Of a stretch of DNA of 64,000 nt, positions 60,852-64,000 are shown piece by piece. Made by a program: the position numbers and the translations under genes. The DNA comes from an uncultured Candidatus Rokubacteria bacterium (GTDB taxonomy: Bacteria > Methylomirabilota > Methylomirabilia > Rokubacteriales > DASRDR01). Positions within the stretch are counted from its first letter, which is position 1, and each line of letters opens with the position of its first letter. The notes beneath the pieces were generated by a model that worked only from the letters and a program-made list of their open reading frames with translations, ran no database searches and was not told the DNA's origin. The stretch is from positions 1-64,000 of the forward strand of contig CAVPSB010000049.1 in assembly GCA_963708025.1 (NCBI GenBank). The letters run 5' to 3'.

Positions 60852-61484
60852 TCAGACCACCTCGGTGCCGTAGGTCGTCCCCGTCTCGAGCAGCCGGACC
60901 AGGCGAGCCGGGTGGCGGCCGTTCACGATCCAGCACGGCATCCGCGGCGGCAGCGTCCGCGCGAGGTGGCCGTCGACGACGCCCCGAAGCCTCCGGCGCC
61001 CGGCCCGCGGCACGAGCCGCCGGAGCTGGCCGAGCGCCAGGAAGCCGTCAACGTCCTTGACGAGGACGAAGCGACGGGCGCCCACGGCTCCGGCCACCCA
61101 GGCCCCGATGGAGTCCGAGGTCACCTTCCAGGAGCGCGGCAGCGGATCCTCCCGCAAGAGCCAGGACGACGGGGCGAGGACGTTCAGGCGACCCGCCCGG
61201 ACCTCGCGCCGCCCGCGCACGACCGCCGCCCGGCCGGCGAGGCGGGCCAGGACGTAGGCGTACTGGTCCATCGCCAGGATCGCCATCCAGTGAGCCGCCG
61301 CGTCGCCGAGGCCCAGGCGCCGGTCGGCGCGGCGAACCTGGTCGGCGAACTCGCCGCCGCCGGGCACCACCAGGAGGACGCGGGTCCGCGCCAGCCCGGC
61401 GAGGGCCCGCATCAGCCGCCGCAGCGCCGCCGGCCGCCGGCTCAGGCTTCCGCCGACCTTCAGCACCGCGTCAGGCGTGGCCAC
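60852..61484 (-). CDS. Amino-acid-kinase family protein (MfnE-like)
   Basis: LKVGGSL, VPGGGEFAD, AHWMAILAMDQ, SWKVTSDS, KDVDG. Confidence 0.82.
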   Translation of the reverse strand: MATPDAVLKVGGSLSRRPAALRRLMRALAGLARTRVLLVVPGGGEFADQVRRADRRLGLGDAAAHWMAILAMDQYAYVLARLAGRAAVVRGRREVRAGRLNVLAPSSWLLREDPLPRSWKVTSDSIGAWVAGAVGARRFVLVKDVDGFLALGQLRRLVPRAGRRRLRGVVDGHLARTLPPRMPCWIVNGRHPARLVRLLETGTTYGTEVV

Positions 61485-62487
61485 GATCCAGGAGGAGCCA
61501 CGCGACCGCGACGGCCGGGGCGGCGCTGCCGACGTCCACCCCGAGCAGCCCCGAGAGATCGCAGGAAGGGAGCCCACGGGCGGCGGCCGCTCGGTGGGCC
61601 AGGAACGCGCCCTGCCCGGTGGCGATGACCCGGGCCAGCGGCGCGATGCACGGCGCCAAGCGCGACAGCGCCGCCGCGATCTCCCGGACCTGCGCGTCGG
61701 CCACCGCGGCGGCGATCGCCTCGATCTCCGCGCGGGTGAGCATCTCGACGTCGGCGCAGACGACCCGGGCCAGCCGCTCGGCGGCGAACTCGGGGGTGGC
61801 CGGACGGCCGTCGGGGGTCGGGCAGGTGTATTCCGCCGGCGCCAGGTCGCCGCGCAGGAGGTGGGCGTCCCCGCTGACGGCGAAGTACTCCGCGGCGACG
61901 GGACACTCACCGTCCCACAGGGGGACCCGGGACACGATGGCGGCGACGTTGGTGCGGAGCGCCCCCGTGTAGACGAGCTCCCCGGCCAGGAGCCGCTCGG
62001 GATCGGTGCGACCCCGCGCGGCGACGCGGCCGTCCCGGATCGGGATCAGGTCCGCCGTCGTGCTCCCGACGTCGACGAGGAGGCCGTCCTTCGCGTGGCG
62101 CGCGACGAGGGTCGCCGTCGCCATCCAGTTGGATGCCGCGACCTCGAGCGGGCGGGCGCGCGCCGCGTCCACGTCGAGGAAGCCGGCGGCCGTCGTGAAG
62201 ACGGAGACGCCGCCGGCCACGCGCGAGACGGCGTCCAGCACGACGCCCACCCCTTCGCGCTTGGTGCGGAAGGCGTCGGACAGCTCGGCGGTCATCGTGA
62301 CCGCCGTAGCGTCGGCGGGCCCGAGCTCGGCTCCCATCGCCCGGAGCAGTTCGGGCAGCGCGTCCTTCTCCCGCCAGATCTCGAAGGGACGGCTCAAGAC
62401 CCGCACGCGAGGGCCGCCCGGGCCGGTCTCCACCCGGGCGGCCTTGACGTTGGCGCCCCCGACGTCCCAGCCGACGACCGCGTCCAC
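61471..62487 (-). CDS. Hydantoinase/oxoprolinase-family C1 protein (MfnF-like)
   Basis: GWDVGGANVK, TMTAELSDAF, AASNW, DVGSTTAD, LVYTG. Confidence 0.85.
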   Translation of the reverse strand: MDAVVGWDVGGANVKAARVETGPGGPRVRVLSRPFEIWREKDALPELLRAMGAELGPADATAVTMTAELSDAFRTKREGVGVVLDAVSRVAGGVSVFTTAAGFLDVDAARARPLEVAASNWMATATLVARHAKDGLLVDVGSTTADLIPIRDGRVAARGRTDPERLLAGELVYTGALRTNVAAIVSRVPLWDGECPVAAEYFAVSGDAHLLRGDLAPAEYTCPTPDGRPATPEFAAERLARVVCADVEMLTRAEIEAIAAAVADAQVREIAAALSRLAPCIAPLARVIATGQGAFLAHRAAAARGLPSCDLSGLLGVDVGSAAPAVAVAWLLLDRGHA

Positions 62488-62510
62488 GGGCGCCGTGACC
62501 TCCGGACGCC

Positions 62511-62972
62511 CTACCGCATCGGCGCGGGTACCGCCGAGGAGTGATGGTCCACGATGAGCCAGCCCTTGTCCCCCTTCACGTAGACGAAGCTGTAGCGGGC
62601 CGGGATGGCCTTGGTCTCCCCGTCCTTCACGTACGAGAACGTGTAGTAGCCGCTGTTGATCGCGGTGGTGCCGTACACGCGAATCAGCTGCTCTCCGAAG
62701 CTGACCTTGTGCCCCGGCAGCGCCTTGAAGGCCGCCACGAAGTACTCCCGGAGCGCAACCGGTCCCTGGCGAATGGTCGGCGACAGCGTCCCCCACAAGA
62801 CGGCATCCGGGGCGTCGAGGCCGAGGATGGGGTCGGGGTCGTCGTCGACGAACAGCTCCGTCCACTTGGCAACGGCCGCCGCGACCTCCTCGCGGGCTTG
62901 CGCCCAGGCCACGTGGCCATGGGCGAGCACGAGCAGCGACAGAACCAGGACGACGAGCCGTGAGCTCTTCAT
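62511..62972 (-). CDS. Exported SnoaL/DUF4440 (NTF2-like) protein
   Basis: Signal peptide; AVLWGT, GYYTF, ARYSFVY, HHSS. Confidence 0.85.
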   Translation of the reverse strand: MKSSRLVVLVLSLLVLAHGHVAWAQAREEVAAAVAKWTELFVDDDPDPILGLDAPDAVLWGTLSPTIRQGPVALREYFVAAFKALPGHKVSFGEQLIRVYGTTAINSGYYTFSYVKDGETKAIPARYSFVYVKGDKGWLIVDHHSSAVPAPMR

Positions 62973-63031
62973 GGGATCTCCTCCTGTGGCGCGTTGGGTG
63001 GTGCGGACCGCGTGGTACGATTGGGGCCGCG

Positions 63032-63760
63032 ATGCGGATCGTCCCCGTGCTCGACCTCAAGGGCGGCGTGGCCGTCCACGCCGTGCGGGGCCAGCGGGAC
63101 GCCTACGCGCCGGTCCGGAGCACGCTGGCAGCCTCGGCCGACCCGGTGGAGCTGGCGCGCGCGTTCCGGACCGCGCTCGGCGCCGACGCCTGCTACGTCG
63201 CCGACCTGGACGCCATCACCGGTCGCGGCGATCACGGCCCGGCGATCCGGGCCATCGCCGGGCTCGGCCTGACGGTGTGGCTCGATGCCGGCGTGGCGAC
63301 CGCCACCGACGCCGAGCGCGCGATCGGACAGGGCGCCGGCCGCGTGATCGTCGGGACGGAGACGCTGGCCGACGTGAAGGAGCTTCCCGCCATCGTCGCC
63401 GCTGCCCGTCGCGTTCACGCCGACGTCATCCTGAGCCTCGACCTCCAGGACGGCCGCCTGCTGGGACGGTCGCCGGCCGTCGCGAGTCTCGACCCCGTCG
63501 AGCTCGCATCCTTGGCCTGGGGGGCGGGCATCCGCGCCTTCATCGTGCTCGACCTGGCCCGGGTCGGCGCCGGCTCCGGTGTCGCGACGGGCGCCGCCGG
63601 CCGGCTGCGACAGGCGCTCCCCGACGCGGAGATCGCCGTCGGGGGCGGCGTCCGGAGCGCGAGCGACCTCCGCGAGCTGGACCGCGCCGGCTTCGACGCG
63701 GCGCTGGTGGCCACCGCGCTCCACACGGGCGCGATCACCGCCGACGACCTGTCTCGCTAG
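63032..63760 (+). CDS. HisA/HisF-related protein of H4MPT/methanofuran clusters (Orf17-type)
   Basis: IVPVLDLKGGVAVHAVRG.R..Y, YVADLDAI, LDLARVG, GGGVR. Confidence 0.85.
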   Translation: MRIVPVLDLKGGVAVHAVRGQRDAYAPVRSTLAASADPVELARAFRTALGADACYVADLDAITGRGDHGPAIRAIAGLGLTVWLDAGVATATDAERAIGQGAGRVIVGTETLADVKELPAIVAAARRVHADVILSLDLQDGRLLGRSPAVASLDPVELASLAWGAGIRAFIVLDLARVGAGSGVATGAAGRLRQALPDAEIAVGGGVRSASDLRELDRAGFDAALVATALHTGAITADDLSR

Positions 63761-64000
63761 CCCCAAGTCGAAGCAGGGCGCGTCACGCTTGGCGCGAGAC
63801 AAGCCGTGAAAAGCCTCCGAGCGGCGGCCCAAAGGCCGAAGGCCGTCCATCAGCCGCCGCAACGACGGGGGGGCATCGGGGGGGTCTTCCGAGACCCCCC
63901 CGAATGATCTAGCCTGTCCCATCACCGACTGACCTTTCCTACCGGTCCTGGTGTTCCAGCCGGGCGGTCAGCCAGGCCGCCAGCGTCGTGCCAGCGCGGG

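Overview
Very GC-rich bacterial chromosome segment. Gene content and order suggest Ca. Rokubacteria/Methylomirabilota, which is an inference. Left to right: (1) a transposase remnant; (2) a ~7.3 kb tyrosine-integrase element (1266-8608) inserted in tRNA-Leu(UAA) of a Gly-Cys-Leu tRNA operon. It duplicates the 5' half of the tRNA, so the intact tRNA now sits behind the integrase, away from its promoter. It also carries a Nu1/TerS-like gene, a bS21-like gene, a divergent operator switch and an RxxxxH protein; (3) housekeeping genes galT, gpsA, plsY, pgsA, comB, argG/F/D/B, hslUV, xerC, topA, dprA, cpoB; (4) a sulfur/respiration block: TauE, YeeE, Rieske, FCSD-type flavoprotein, SoxYZ fusion, moeA, alternative complex III actBCDEF without actA, Mec/sulfur carrier/cysteine synthase/Rrf2; (5) a peptide ABC transporter; (6) a second SoxYZ-flavoprotein pair next to an H4MPT/methanofuran C1 cofactor cluster (mtd, DHPS-like, mfnB/E/F, HisA-related). 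Three families of palindromic intergenic repeats recur throughout. Many single-base frameshifts look like assembly errors. All product calls come from motif recognition by eye; no searches were run.
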